DNA of 64,000 nucleotides. Source: Fistulifera solaris (Eukaryota). The position numbers and the translations under genes are program-made. The stretch lies in assembly GCA_030295235.1 (NCBI GenBank), contig AP026151.1:310001-374000 (forward strand), read 5' to 3'. The notes beneath the pieces are model-generated. The model ran no database searches. It was not told the origin of the DNA and saw nothing but the letters and a program-made list of their open reading frames with translations. Of the stretch, positions 12,334 through 25,458 are shown one piece after another (position 1 is the stretch's first letter; every line of letters starts with the position of its first letter).

Positions 12334-13146
12334 GATAGAGAAATAAATGTCATGATTCGATGAATTGAAATCATTGGATATGCAAGCTTCTGTCTCATTC
12401 CCCTCTTATAATTGCTCTACCGCTCCTTGAGATAACGTACTAAGACCTTTTAAAATCCATTCGGTTTTTTCGTAGCGATAAGAATGAGGTAACATGAGCA
12501 CTATGCTTTTCGCATCATCATGGCGAAAAAGAAAAAACTTGATGGCGGCGGACGATGCGAATAAATAATGCGCGCGGCGGTGGGAAAATTTTCGTGGTCC
12601 GTAATTCGTCCGCAATCATCATTCAAAGCATGGCCGTTTTCCTTGACCGCATTACACCTTTCAAAGCAGCTCGATACTAACATCATCAACAACATTCCGA
12701 CAAGTGATTATTCCTCCTCTTGAATCTTAATTCATCTTTCAGGATCAATATAGGCGAAAGGCATCGCCATTCTCCTAGATTTCACGGGACTGAACTTGTG
12801 GAGTCACAGAAATTGTAATCTACATATTTATCAATAGTGGGTACAAAGACGAGTTGACCTATAGTATCCAACTTGAGAGCGGTACTGAAATCAATATATC
12901 AGGAAAATTCTTCGAAGTAAAACATCGCTAAAAAAAGAGTTCTGTATAGATCAAACCTGTACGAACATCTCAGAAAGTGTACTTTCGAAATAACAAAACG
13001 CCGACGATGCGATTGATAGCCACCACAAGAGAAACAACAATAACGAAGCAATAGATAGAGACCATGAAAGAGGATCGAGGAATGCAATAAGTCTATTAAA
13101 AGAGCTAAAAATAGAGTAAGAGCCGACCTGGATCGCGAAAGAAGAA

Positions 13147-14901
13147 ATGCAGCCTTCGTCGAGATGGGTCAGTTTGAAGGACGCACGCGTGTTGGGTTGC
13201 GAATGGTGGAGATGCGAAGGAGGACGACGAACCGATGAATTGCATTACCAAATTACCGAAAATCACAATCGACCGGTGCTTCGCTATCCAAATGGTGATA
13301 TGTATTTGGGAGGATGGGCCAAATGCCGGTCGGGCGTCGACAAGCCGCAAGGGTTTGGTGTTTTCCTATCGTTTGATTTAATTATTCTGGTGGGGCAATG
13401 GGACGAGGGGCATTTGGAGGGATACGCGAGGCAATTGTGGCTTCCGCAATCGAATATATGGAGGAATAACTACGATCCATTATCATGTATCAAGACGGAC
13501 AATGGGGTCGGTCTGCCATTTCTTTATTTTGGGAATTTTAAAAGTTCGAAACGAAACGACGTGAGGGCCACTGTCGTTTTAAAGGACGGAACGACACGGA
13601 TAGGTCCATGGAAGAACGACTTACCAGTTGGAGATTGGTGGCAAGATCATGCAAGCACACGAACGCCTGTCTGGGAGATTAAACGATTACTTGCCTTTGC
13701 ATCGTCCGATGACACCCGACCCCGAGAACCATTGCCATCGTATAACGACGACGTGGATACTCAAGCCGCTCAAGATGGCGGAACTCCTTTAATTCAACCA
13801 ACAAGCCCCACTCACAACAATATGCCTCCGATTTCTGTGGTGATTGTACCCGTCAACACACCAAGGAGCTCTCTTCGGCATGCGGTCAGTCCGATGGAGA
13901 GTTTCTCGCACTACAAATATTCTGGACGTCATTCTACGCAGATCCCAACGTCTTCTTTACGATCATCTCCGCCCAGTCATCTCGCTATTTGTACTACTCC
14001 CGCACCACCCACCAACACCTTCTTTCGCGAATCACCAATAGGACGTGGCACCAGTCCTTCGTCACGGTTCAATTCACCAACTGCATTATCCAATCGCCAC
14101 TCAATACCCGACGCGTCGACTCTTTCAAAACCGCCACAACAAAATGAACAAATTTCTTCTACAGTGGATGATAGAACCTTACAATCGAAACAACGAAAAG
14201 GAAAAATTGGACCCAAGCGGTTGGAAGTGATGTTACGTCACAAATTGGAAGCCACGTTTTCGGATGCGGCGAGTAACATGTCCATTCACGGTGAAGACAC
14301 GGGTCCATGGATGATTCCGAAAGAGCCATTCCAACCGCCCACTCATGTACTGACACACGAAAGCCGTGATACGTTTTCCACGCGACGGGACGTCTATTTT
14401 GATTTAGACACGAGTGTGCCGACGCTTTCCAATATTGCCGTGGATGGATTGGGAACCGATTATTTACGAGACCGTATCGCGATTCTGTCTTCGGACGAGC
14501 GTGATTTGGAATTTGCCGAGATTGATGTACAAGATGATGCATTGTTTACAATCTCCAATTTGGATGAAGATGAGTCGGTGAAAGAAGAACCGGCGCAATG
14601 TTGTGCAGCCCCGTACTTTGGCTGTCGTCCACAAATAAACAACAACCATCAGGATGACGAGTCTGAGCAGATGGCTTCTCTAAGTTCCAAAATCAACATG
14701 AGCCCTTCACATATTGTCATGGGATACGGGGGTGAAGTATTCGACTTTACCGTTACACCTTCGAATCATCATCACAACGATGGGGAGAAACCGTTCGAAA
14801 ATGAAGGATTGGTGGAACTAGAGACTATGTCTTCTTTGAAGAGTATGACGCTGGTGACTTCACAGAAACCGACCTCGTGGTTTGGGTGGCTTGGAAGTTG
14901 A
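13147..14901 (+). CDS. MORN-repeat-like protein with long disordered C-terminus
   Basis: YPNGDMYLGGW...PQGFGV, VGQWDEGHLEGY, YFGNFKSSKRN and DGTTRIGPWKND are degenerate MORN units; intact 584-aa ORF. Confidence 0.65.
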   Translation: MQPSSRWVSLKDARVLGCEWWRCEGGRRTDELHYQITENHNRPVLRYPNGDMYLGGWAKCRSGVDKPQGFGVFLSFDLIILVGQWDEGHLEGYARQLWLPQSNIWRNNYDPLSCIKTDNGVGLPFLYFGNFKSSKRNDVRATVVLKDGTTRIGPWKNDLPVGDWWQDHASTRTPVWEIKRLLAFASSDDTRPREPLPSYNDDVDTQAAQDGGTPLIQPTSPTHNNMPPISVVIVPVNTPRSSLRHAVSPMESFSHYKYSGRHSTQIPTSSLRSSPPSHLAICTTPAPPTNTFFRESPIGRGTSPSSRFNSPTALSNRHSIPDASTLSKPPQQNEQISSTVDDRTLQSKQRKGKIGPKRLEVMLRHKLEATFSDAASNMSIHGEDTGPWMIPKEPFQPPTHVLTHESRDTFSTRRDVYFDLDTSVPTLSNIAVDGLGTDYLRDRIAILSSDERDLEFAEIDVQDDALFTISNLDEDESVKEEPAQCCAAPYFGCRPQINNNHQDDESEQMASLSSKINMSPSHIVMGYGGEVFDFTVTPSNHHHNDGEKPFENEGLVELETMSSLKSMTLVTSQKPTSWFGWLGS

Positions 14902-15160
14902 TGACGTTTCTAGCTTCGATTGGGTAGTAGTTTCTCTCGACCTCGTTTTGCCAAGGATCCAGTGATTCACAGAACAGTCAAGTAGCCGTCAAATACAAAT
15001 CGAGTGCAGGCGTTCGACAATTGAACTGTATGACTTTCTACCTATAAGAATGGAGATGGACAAGAATGTTCAAGAAGCAGCTGGGAAAACCTATCCGTGA
15101 CCGACTCAGCTCGACATTTACTCATGCGTCCGTCGTGCGCTCGCAACCAGATGGATGCAT

Positions 15161-15206
15161 TGACGTGGCATGCGCGTCTCCGCGGCGTTTTTCGACCGTT
15201 TGACGT
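15161..15206 (+). promoter_or_regulatory. Two TGACGT hexamers (CCRE1/bZIP-type) upstream of the bestrophin gene
   Basis: TGACGTGGC at 15161 and TGACGT at 15201, about 234 and 194 nt upstream of the ATG at 15395. The motif is short and function is inferred. Confidence 0.35.
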
Positions 15207-15394
15207 TTTGGTTGGCGTTTCCCGATTGTTATAGTTTTGAGAATAAACGAGAGTCATTGCATCAGCGATAGGATAAGACGACGCGAAGCAACATTTATAA
15301 TAAAAGACATCGCTAATAGCTTATTCATTCCATTATGCTGGTATCTGTGCAAACGAAGTAGGAACTGTGCTCATTCTTTTTTTCTTTCATCAAA

Positions 15395-17061
15395 ATGAGA
15401 AGACTGGTGTTTCTTCTTTCGCTCGTGCTCGCTATGAGCACTTCGATTGCTTGGATCGAGAAGATCCGACAACATGACATGCATTCTTCTTTTTTCAAAA
15501 TGGACGGCATCCGTCCTGAATTCGACAAGAGCTGGAGATCCTGTGGCCGCCGGTTTCCCCCAAAAGCAAGGAGGAATACACATTCCTCGAAACGGCTTTA
15601 CTCAACAATGTCCTCTTTACCAATCTCCCCAACTCGTCACTGGTTTCGTTGATTGATGCCTTTGAATGTGTGACTGTACCACAACATCATGTTCTCGTAC
15701 AACAGGGAGAACATGCTTCGACCGCCGCCTTTGTCTTCGTCTTGGCCTCGGGATTGTGTACCGTTACCGTCGATGGCAACGTCGTTCCGGAGCCCTACGG
15801 GACGTTGACTCCGGGAAGTATTGTCGGAGAGTTGGGTGTGTTGTTCAATACGACACGCGCGGCAACGATAACCGCCAAAAGTGAAACGGTCACGCTGTAC
15901 CGTGTCGATGCCGATACCTTCAAACGCGTCCTCAATCGAGTCATACCTCCGGCCGATCAAACCGACTTGTTTGCGACCATTGATGAAGCCATTAAACAGG
16001 TGGCGGGAACCAAAACATTGTACGGCGGTGATATCATACGACAATACGTTCCGTCGCGGTCTTGGCTCTGGACACGGTGGGCGGGGACCATCTTGCAATA
16101 CAACATCAAAACAACATTGTTCAATATGCTCTTTTCCTTTGGTTTCATACTCCTCGCACGTCGCATCACCAACGATCAGCCTCCATGGCACATGGGATTG
16201 AGTCCCAACAAGACGCATCCGTTCATTGAGCGGTTGACGATTGTTCACAAGCTATGGAGCTATCAAATGTCCTTAACGACCTTTATTTTGACATTCTTTC
16301 TCAATCAGTCCTTTGGTTTTTGGCAAGAAATCTATTCCATTGCACGACGCATTCAAGGTCGATTGAATGATTTTCATGTTCTCTTGGCGACACACGCGAC
16401 ACGGGAGGACGATTATTCGTATACACCGGCGGCCGAAAAATTGATGGACGACATTGGAGCCTACAGTCGTCTGTTCCACATTCTATTCTGGGCGTCCTTG
16501 TCACGACGATTTCAAGTCCTTCGGACACCACGGGGACTGGAGCGATTGGCGAGTCGAGGTTTAATGACCAGTCAGCAACTCAAGATTCTCAACAATTTGG
16601 ATTTGCCTGAGAATCAAAAGCATAATGCGTGTTTAGAATGGATGATGACGCGAGCTTTAAAAGGCATGAAAGATGGCGGCTTGCGTGATGATATGGCCTT
16701 GCAATGGCACTTGATTGATCAGCTATGTGTGTTGCGTGCTACCTATGCGGGGATCAACGATAAGCTTACTTGCCGTATGCCCTTGGCGTATACACACTTT
16801 GTGCAAATTCTGGTCGATACATTCTGCTTGCTGTCGCCCTTGGCGCTGTATGCTGATTTGGGAGCGTATTCCATCTTTTGTGTCGGTATTTTGACATTGA
16901 TCTATACTGGTTTATTGGATTTAGCCAAGATTTTCTTGGATCCTTTGAACAACGAGAAATTTACCAAGAATTCCATTTACATGGATATTGGGGTCCTCAT
17001 CCGAGAGTCGAATGCTGGGTCCGTCCGCTGGAAGAATGCTGGAGCACAACTTCCCTTTTGA
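15395..17061 (+). CDS. Bestrophin/UPF0187 anion channel fused to an N-terminal cyclic-nucleotide-binding domain, with signal peptide
   Basis: Signal peptide MRRLVFLLSLVLAMSTSIA-W. One indel near 15530 links it to PKSKEEYTFLETALLNNVLFTNL...IDAFE and the phosphate-binding cassette GELGVLFNTTRAATI. Bestrophin-like motifs follow: FFLNQSFGFW...IQGRLND, MPLAYTHFVQILVDTF and LLDLAKIFLDPL. Confidence 0.85.
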
Positions 17062-17173
17062 GAGTTTGAAATTCATTCTACTGCTATAAATAATGGTAAT
17101 GGATATTTGATACTATAATAGAAACGAATAGAGACTTTTTGAAGTATTAACTTAATTTTACGTAGTGTGGATT

Positions 17174-19059
17174 TTACTCAAAGAATAGCGGTAAAAGGTC
17201 CCCGTCCCCGTCCTTTCCCGAAATGAAAAACGTGCCCACCGATTCCTTCGCGTTTTCACCGTTCAACAGATCCGGATGATCCTTGTCCCCTTTCGCGACC
17301 TTGTAGTGATCCCCTGTCTCTTGTACAATGCGCTGCTTGACAGCTTCTGACATACCCGGCTCCACGGCCTGACATCCACACACAGGCTCGTCGTTCTTCG
17401 GTACGATGGTGTAAAAATCTCGAAACCGCGCAAACAATGCTCCAAACAAACTCTGCCATTTGTCATGAACTGCATTGCCCGTGTTAACACCAAACAGAGT
17501 GACATAACCGATGGCAGCATCTGGACCTTTCTCCTGATAGAGTTCGAGGGCAATTTGATCCACTTGTTTCACTTTCTCCGATAAATCCGCCTGCAAATCA
17601 TCAATTTCTCGACGCAAAACTGGATACACATCCGCATAACGACTGTAGCACCAATTCGATACGAGATTCTGTACCCAAAATGCCTTGCTCCAATCCATTT
17701 GTAACAAGGACGTGGTAACACCATCTTGGGAACCTTTTCCCGTAAACGGTTTGGCAATCTGGCGACTGCTTCCGTACACAGGAACCCGCGGCGCCGTACT
17801 CGAGTCGTCCATGGCATACCACGAAACCACCGCCAATTCTGTTGTAATTTTGTGTCAGAAGACGATACTGGGTGACTATTACAACGGTCGTACCTTACCT
17901 CGTGGCATGTGGGGTCGAATCTCGGCCACAAACGACCATCCTGTCTTGGCCGTGGCAATGGAACGCTCGTTGTGATATTGCGTAGTGGACTTTTGTTTTT
18001 CCTTGGATCGCAACGACGAATTCTCTGCATTCTCTTCCAACGACCACACCAAAGGCCGGGGACGATAGGGTGACGCAAACAATCCCGAACCCACATCTTG
18101 ACTGGCATCCATGACCGTATTTTCATATCGTCATGAGATGCATGACGTCTTCCTTGGTCAATTTGTCTTTGGGTTGTAGATAGAGGGGCATCCGCAACTC
18201 CAAGTCATTTCCCAGCGCATACTCTTGATAGTGTTGCGCAAAGGCGGGATCGGCCGAGATTTGCGAAAAGATGGACCACACCCGGGCTTCCCCCCTGTCG
18301 TGCCCCAATGAAATCGAGGGGATCGTAAACATCCGCAAAGGAAAACGCCAACGGATCCGCCTCGGCATCGTACAATCCGTAATGAACCGCCACTTCCACG
18401 ACATCCTCGGCATATAGACAATTGGTGGGATCCTCGCGAGGAAAGGTGGTAATCCGGGCTTGATTGGCGTGCGCGGCCACCATTCCATCCGGAATGCGTT
18501 GGGCGACCCATACGGCCCCGAGTTTCCGTTGACCCTGTTCATCCCAGATATCATTTCCCCGTCCGATGACTTCCATCATCCACACTTGTCCGGACGCATC
18601 CGCTAAGGAAAAGGATTCTCCCGCCGAAGCGTATCCGTACGTATCCATAAGGTGGACCATCGTTTGAATGGCTTCTGGAACAGTCTTGGCGCGTTGCAAA
18701 GTCAACCAAATCAAAGATCCGTAATCGATTTTGGCGTCGGTTTGATTGTACGCTAGAATACGGACCCCTCCAAAGGTCGATTCCCCAATCACCAAACCGT
18801 ATTCATTCGAATTTCCTACGACATTGTACGTTGTCTCGGTTTCGGGTTGAATGTCTCCTAAATACACTCCGGAATCCCAATCGTAAATCGAAGTCCAGGA
18901 ATAATTCGCCGAATAATGATAAATGGAACCAAACAGGGTGGGAGAATCGGCATTGTAAGCAATCATGGCGGATCCTTCGAACGACGCTCCCGGTGTCACT
19001 AAAATGTCGGTACAAGCGCGCGCTGCTGTGATAACGAAGAAAGCCGTAAGAAACTTCAT
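17174..19059 (-). CDS. Secreted peptidase C69 (dipeptidase/secernin, Ntn-hydrolase)
   Basis: Signal peptide then A-CTDILVTPGAS (N-terminal nucleophile Cys), NEYGLVIGESTFGG, GESFSLAD, HANQARI and EARVWS. Intron 17839-17898 gives HMPRE-LAV. Frameshifts near 18300 and 18125. Confidence 0.9.
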
Positions 19060-19459
19060 TCTTTTATTGTTTAGGCGTGTGAGAGAGAAATGAGGAAACG
19101 GAAATAAAGGAAGGAAAGAAAGGAGAACAAGTAGAATGAATATGAAATGGTTCTTTCTTCTTTTGTTGCGTTATTGTTATTGCGTTCTGTTGTAATTCTT
19201 TAGTCCGTGTCCGTGTCGCACAGCGACACCAGACGTAGCGTGCCCATCGTGACTGTTACAGGAGTCATGAATGCTTCGTCAGCATCTACATGATTTTTTC
19301 CCCTCTATACAAGTACGGTACCGTAGCGGTTTTGCCTTTTTCAAACAATGTGCGGTGGTGATCTGGTGGTGATTATTTTTTTATGCGCAATTCTTTTTAT
19401 TGCATTCGCCCTCTCCTTTTATTCTTCCTTCCCTTTCTTCGTCACAATACATCAATTAA

Positions 19460-20718
19460 ATGACATTACTACTGCACGATTTGTGGTTGTCCATCGAACA
19501 ATACGGCGATGCGACGCGCAATTGGTACGGTCACCGTCGGTACGAAGCCTCGTTGGCCCGCCGGGTGGAAGGATTCACCGAGGAATTGCCTTCGTCAAAG
19601 GATGATGAAACGGCTATTTCTTCTTCTTCTTTGATGAGAATTCTACAATTCCAACCGGCGTGGGAAGAACAACTCTTGTTGCGCCTGGCGGCCGTGCCGC
19701 ATACGGTCGTGAATTCCTCGTATGCCGTCACGGAAGCGGTGGGCCCGTTGCCGGCCTTGCAAGATTTGTCACGCGCGGCCATGATGGGACGAACGACTAG
19801 TACTAGTAGTAGCCCCATTGTCGAGTATCTGGAACGTTATCATGGTCTCGTCCTCGATCATCAACCCGACGACATTCCCTTGTATCTATCACTGGTGCAA
19901 AGGAACTGGAACCCTGTCGGATCACTCTGTTGTGTCACGACGACGAATGGAATTCTTTTTATAAAAAGCGCTGTCTGCAAGCGGGTGGACGATTCTCGCA
20001 ATGGCAAGCCCGGAGTTATCGTCGTTATCTGAAGTTTCAACAAAATTATGAAGATCGTCACAGGACAACTGCCGCAGCCATGGAACGCGTCCGACACGTC
20101 TATGCCCTGTTCGAACACAAACTGTCGTCGTCATCCAAGTCACGCTGGATCTTGGGAACCACACAACCGACACGACTCGATGTGGCATTGTGGGATCATT
20201 TGATGCACGCCTTGACGGATGTTCATTTAGTCATTGTGCTCGCGGAATTTCCTCTCTTGCTCACTTTTGTGCAAACCATCTGGGACGCCTATTTTGCCAA
20301 CCCGACCGAAGAATGGCAAATCGCCAATGCCGTACAAAATGCGACCAATCCCTTTGCGCAAGTGCCTTCGTTGCTGTGGTCGCCCCCACGAGAAGACGAG
20401 TCGTTTCGCCACGCCGTGGAATTGATGGAACAGTTGTCGGTACAAGATCGCAATTTGATGGAAACGGTCCGTGTCGCGAAAGAAGCTCGATTGTTGCAAA
20501 CCACCAATAAGGTGGATCCCAATGACGCCTTTCGGACGTGGCATCGTTGGCGGAACGGGGGACCGTATCATTCTACCAACGATACTGCGCAAGGCAGTGA
20601 CGAAAAAGTTCGTCGGGAGTATCATCGCAGTGATGAAGCATGGATTGCTAGTATGGCGTTGAGTACGATCATGGCCATGTGTGTCTTTGGTGTCATTGGC
20701 GGGTCGCGTGAAAAATGA
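19460..20718 (+). CDS. Metaxin/GST-fold-like protein with C-terminal membrane anchor
   Basis: LLLRLAAVPH...GPLPAL N-domain, WILGTTQPTRLDVALWDHL GST_C-like motif and a C-terminal hydrophobic tail; frameshift near 19900. Confidence 0.6.
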
Positions 20719-21203
20719 AGCTGGATGGGGAATGGTGAATGAGTCATTCCAGCTCTTTTTTTAGATGGAAAGGGTTTCATAATGATGAAATTATGTTTTA
20801 ATGAATGATGGCTGAATATTGAGTACTAACGTTATACGTTCTTGCTAATGTGATTTCTTTGGTCGTAAGGAGTGAAAAGCGTGAAGAAAATATCCCGGAT
20901 TTTCTTGGACTTAGACTCGAGACACTGCGACACAAGGAGGTTTTTGATACGGGAACAGCATTATTTATCGCTGGCGGCGCAGCCCTTTGTTTCATAAAAA
21001 AGTTCATCTCATGTACGTTCGGTTCCTGCCTATATAACAATTATTTATCGTTGATTCTGCCTTTTCTCACGGATGCATATTTCTATGTTGATTCAGTGAG
21101 GTTGATTGATTGGCAGCCCGTCGCGGAGAAAGTGTTGCGAAAGCGAGTAAAATTTTCTCTTCCATCATCAGCGGAGTTGTATTTATCTCGAGTAAAAGTC
21201 AGC

Positions 21204-22579
21204 ATGTCGTACGAAACACCTGAAGCATTTCAGCCAATTCTCGAGTCGGAATTGACAGAGGAAATGAAAACAAAGTTTCGTTTATTGTGGGTGGATACTT
21301 TCAATTACATGATGTTAGGCTACGGCGAGTATGCCCCGATCCTGCGTCAGCACATTACGGAAGAGGTCACGCAACATCCCATTTTGGCTAGAACTATTTC
21401 CAAGCAAACAGAGGATTCTTCATGGTCACTTCTAAGACTTGCGTGTTTTAGAACTGGTATGCATTGTCGGGAATTTATTCAATTTCTCATCGAAAGAAAC
21501 CCACATGCACTCTTGTGGGCCCCGGAGGACTCCTTTCGTCGCGGCGATGCTCTCCTTCACATCATTGCATCAAATTCGAATTGCTTGGTTTTTCCCTGGA
21601 TTGCGGAGCGCTATCCGTGGGTGTTCCAGCATCCTCTTTATCAGCAAAGTCCGCCCCATTTAAAAAATGATGAAGCTCTATATTAATGGTCATTGTGACG
21701 AGACAACCGTTCAGAGTTTTTACGAAATTTACCCACAGGGACTTCAAGAGCGCGACACGGCGGCCCCCCAGGCCATGTATCCCCTGATGCTTAGTCTTTC
21801 GGGCTCGGAAGAGCCTTCCGAAGAACTCTTTGTCTGGATGGCGGAACAGTATCCCAACGCAGTGTATCACAGTCCCGTTCCTGGGTTTACTATTCTGCAC
21901 AAAGTTTGTTCTATACTTGCGAAGTCACACACGCTCAACATGACAAATATATGCCGCTTTCTCCTTGTCGAGCACGCTAGTCTCATCAGCCAAACGACCG
22001 ATGAATTCGGGCATTTGCCCATTCATGAACTAGCGAGTTCTTGTAACAATCGTCCGGTACGGCTCATGGTGTGCGGTATGCTGAAAGAATATCCCGAGTG
22101 TCAACGTAAAGGACGTGAAGTTGTATCCCGATTTGTCTGAGGTTCCGTTTATAAAGCAAGTTCATCCTTTGATAGTGGAAGCGTTGGATATCGAGAAAGA
22201 AATTTCGCTGCTAACCGAGATGTCGGATAATATTTTAAAGGCAGTGTCCTTGTTGACCTGTAACTCGCTGCCATCGAGTGAACAAAACGGGTCATCGTTC
22301 AGTTTGGCATCTTTTGGGTCCCTTGCGGAAGTCTTCTCTTGTTGGGCCAAACTACGAATCACCCATGTTCTATCGCCATTGGAACAGAAAAACCGAGCAG
22401 AGGCATTTCGTCTGGTAGAAGAGGGCGTTCCTGGCGACTTTGAAGAAGAGGATGACGATGCCGACAGTGAAGAAGAGGATGGCGACGACGACAGCGACGA
22501 CGATGACGGCATTGAAGAAGAAGGAGACATCTGGGACGAAGCTAGTGCGGCTGACGATGACGGTGAATTGGATGACTAA
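21204..22579 (+). CDS. Lineage-specific ankyrin-like repeat protein, paralog A (two frameshifts)
   Basis: Starts MSYETPEAFQP; contains LLHIIA, GFTILHKVC and GHLPIHELA ankyrin-like motifs and an acidic tail. Split over ORFs 20850..21686, 21667..22140 and 22115..22579. Confidence 0.7.
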
Positions 22580-23202
22580 TGAAGTCATTCAGAGAGTGTC
22601 GTTGGTCGACCGCAGACACTCACAACTCATTAGTCCCATGACTGCCCGAAAACACTATACTTTCGTTTTACACACTTTACTCTATAACATTGTTGTTCAA
22701 ACTAGGCGAAATTGAAATAATTTGGCTTTTAGCACAAGTCAACACAGACACATTTTCGCGAGAACAATCGAGAATGCATCGCAAACGCTGCTGAAGGCTG
22801 CTGAACCGTCTCAAAGAATAACGTAGCTTAGCATGAAAAATATTTGATGTAGTATGTAGTAGTAAATGACTTAGACTAGTCATCCGTGACTGCATGATTA
22901 TTGTTTCTAGTTCTGAGAAACACTGTGACACGTGGCACAAATTCTGAAAAGTTTGCCACCTTACAAAAAGGAGTTCGATAGCAACGGCATCATGATCACA
23001 ATGCCAATGGCATTCTGACATCGCTTTGCGAATCAATCAGCTTTTCTCTCTGTATACTGGAAGACAAACAGCAAGCTAGATTGATATTTCGGCATTTCGC
23101 TTTCTTGGTACTACTACGGAAGCCAAAGCGCAAGTCTTGTATCTGTTCCTTCTTTTTTTTCATCGGCGGCTCGGCATTTCTCTTATTTCAACAACAATCA
23201 AC

Positions 23203-24459
23203 ATGTCGTACGAAACACCGAAAGCCTTCCAGCCAGTTCCCGAGACGGAACTGGCAGAAGAAATGAAAACGAGATTTCGTTTGCTCTGTAAGGAGTTGTC
23301 GGTTCTTTATCAAATTACCGGGGACATGGCGACTTTCGAGACGGCGATAGGGATGCTGCATCAGCTCGTCATCGAACAGGTCAAGACGCATCCCATCCTA
23401 GTCAGAGTCACTTCGACCGAATCGCACAAACTATCACTTCTGGGAGTCGCCTGCAAACATGCGGGCATCCATTTTCAGGAAACGATACAGTTTCTCATTG
23501 AAAATAATCCGCATGCCCTTTGTGGGCGCCTTCGGTCCATGAATCACCCATTCACATGCTGGTTTTGAATGGGAACTTTGCAATAATACCTTGGATTATG
23601 GAGCGGTATCCGTGGGTGTTGCAGCATCAACTGTATGGAGGAAAACCCCTCATATCGAAATGATGAGGCATTATGCTTACGGTCGATGTGATCTGGACGC
23701 AATTCAAAAGTTTATCAACTCTACCCTCAAGGGCTTCGAGAACGAGAAGGAACGGATTTTACCAGCAGGTACCCCTTGTTGATGAGTATTGAAGGTTATT
23801 GCGAACCCGATGCGGACTTCTTTATCTGGATGGCGGAACAATATCCCGAAGCAGTGTATGATGGAGTTCCGGGTTTTACGATTTTGCATCGACTTTGCTC
23901 GGTGATGGCCCAGACAGAACGCCGAGGCGTACTCGACAAGTGCACACCCAATATGGCCAAAATTTGTCGCTTTCTCATCACCAAACATTTGTCTCTTGTC
24001 CGCCAAACTACCAACTACGGTAATTACTTGCCGATTCACAAGATAGCAGATCGCTGCGATCGACCCCTGGTGCGAGAGATGGTGATTTTATTGTTGAAAG
24101 CGTATCCAGAGTGCGTACAAGTCGTCGCCGGCGACTCACATCCCGCGCTGGCTACGGTCTCATTCATTTGGCAAGTGCACTCACTTGTAGTGGAGGAAGT
24201 AGCGATTGAGGAGGAAATAATAACTCTGGAGGAGAATGCACAAAATATGAACACGGCGGCAGTCTTTTCGACCGATCCTCAACGGTTTGGTTCGCTCTCG
24301 GAAGTCTTTTCCGCATGGGCGAATCAACGAATTACCGACATTTTGCTGCCACGGAAGCAGCAAATCCAAGAGCAGCTGGAGGATACCTACTTTGAAAGGA
24401 ACGACGTGGATGAGCTAGCTGCGGAGTTGAATGGTCGGGTTGTGTTAGGAAATAATTAA
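23203..24459 (+). CDS. Lineage-specific ankyrin-like repeat protein, paralog B (several frameshifts)
   Basis: Starts MSYETPKAFQP; shares WMAEQYP.AVY..VPGFTILH, ICRFL, LPIH and FGSL.EVFS.WA with paralog A. Confidence 0.7.
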
Positions 24460-24697
24460 AATAGTGTCAAAATGTGAGGGTGAATAATTTGTGTCGAATA
24501 CTTGTACTCCGGAGTATAATGGGTGACTTATACGTGCGTGTGCGTCGCATCGGCATCTGTGTTTCAACATTTGAGTGCCGAATTGCGACTGGCATCAACC
24601 ATCAACAAAAACAAAACAAAAAATCCGAATCATCGTCACATCTTCTGTTGACGCAGAAGCAAAGAAGGCTTTCATAATCGATTATTACTTTAGCACG

Positions 24698-25329
24698 ATG
24701 AAGATTAGTCCGTCACTTTGTTTTGTTATTATCTTGCCCGCTCTGACCCAGGCATTCTCGCCGAAACATCAAGCGGACACATCCTGGAAGAACGTGTCTC
24801 ACCGACCACTCACTTTTTGGTGTGCATCCGCCTTTTGGTCGGTGCTGGCACCAGTAGCCTTCGCCGTATCGGGTGGTGGCTTGGACTTTGCTGGAATTGA
24901 TATCAGTGGGCAAGACTTTTCGAAAGGAAATTACAAGGGGAAGGATTTCACACAAGGTGCGTTGGCAAAAACAAATCGATATTTCATTTGCATTTCCTTT
25001 GACACTTTTTCCGTGTAGTCATTGCGAAAGGAACGAATTTTGCTGGAAGCAATTTGCAGGGCTGTCGTTTTTATAAGGCGTATCTTGTCAATACGAATTT
25101 CGATGATGCCGATCTGCGCGGAGCCTCTTTGGAAGATACCAGCATGGACGGTGCCAGCTTGAGAAATACCATGGCAGCGGGAGCGTACTTTTCGGCCAGT
25201 ATCTTGGATGCGAAAGATCTCACGAATGCGGACTTTACCGACGCTCAATTTCCATTGAAAACGTTGCCTCTACTGTGTATGCGAGGCGATGTGACGGATC
25301 TGACACGCGAATCTCTCATGTGCCCGTAA
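24698..25329 (+). CDS. Thylakoid-lumen pentapeptide-repeat protein
   Basis: Signal peptide ending TQA-F, lumen signal ending AFA-VSGGGLD, and A(D/N)LxG-type pentapeptide repeats. Intron 24957-25018 gives FTQ-VIAKG. C-terminus TRESLMCP. Confidence 0.88.
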
Positions 25330-25458
25330 AGAAGGCAATTCGCAAGACGGCAGTCGAACAATCCTTGACGCTAGAATGATATTTAGCAGCCTAACTCTAA
25401 ACATTATTAACGCTCTTATCACTACACGTTCCTCGTCGCCATCATTGTAGAACATTCT

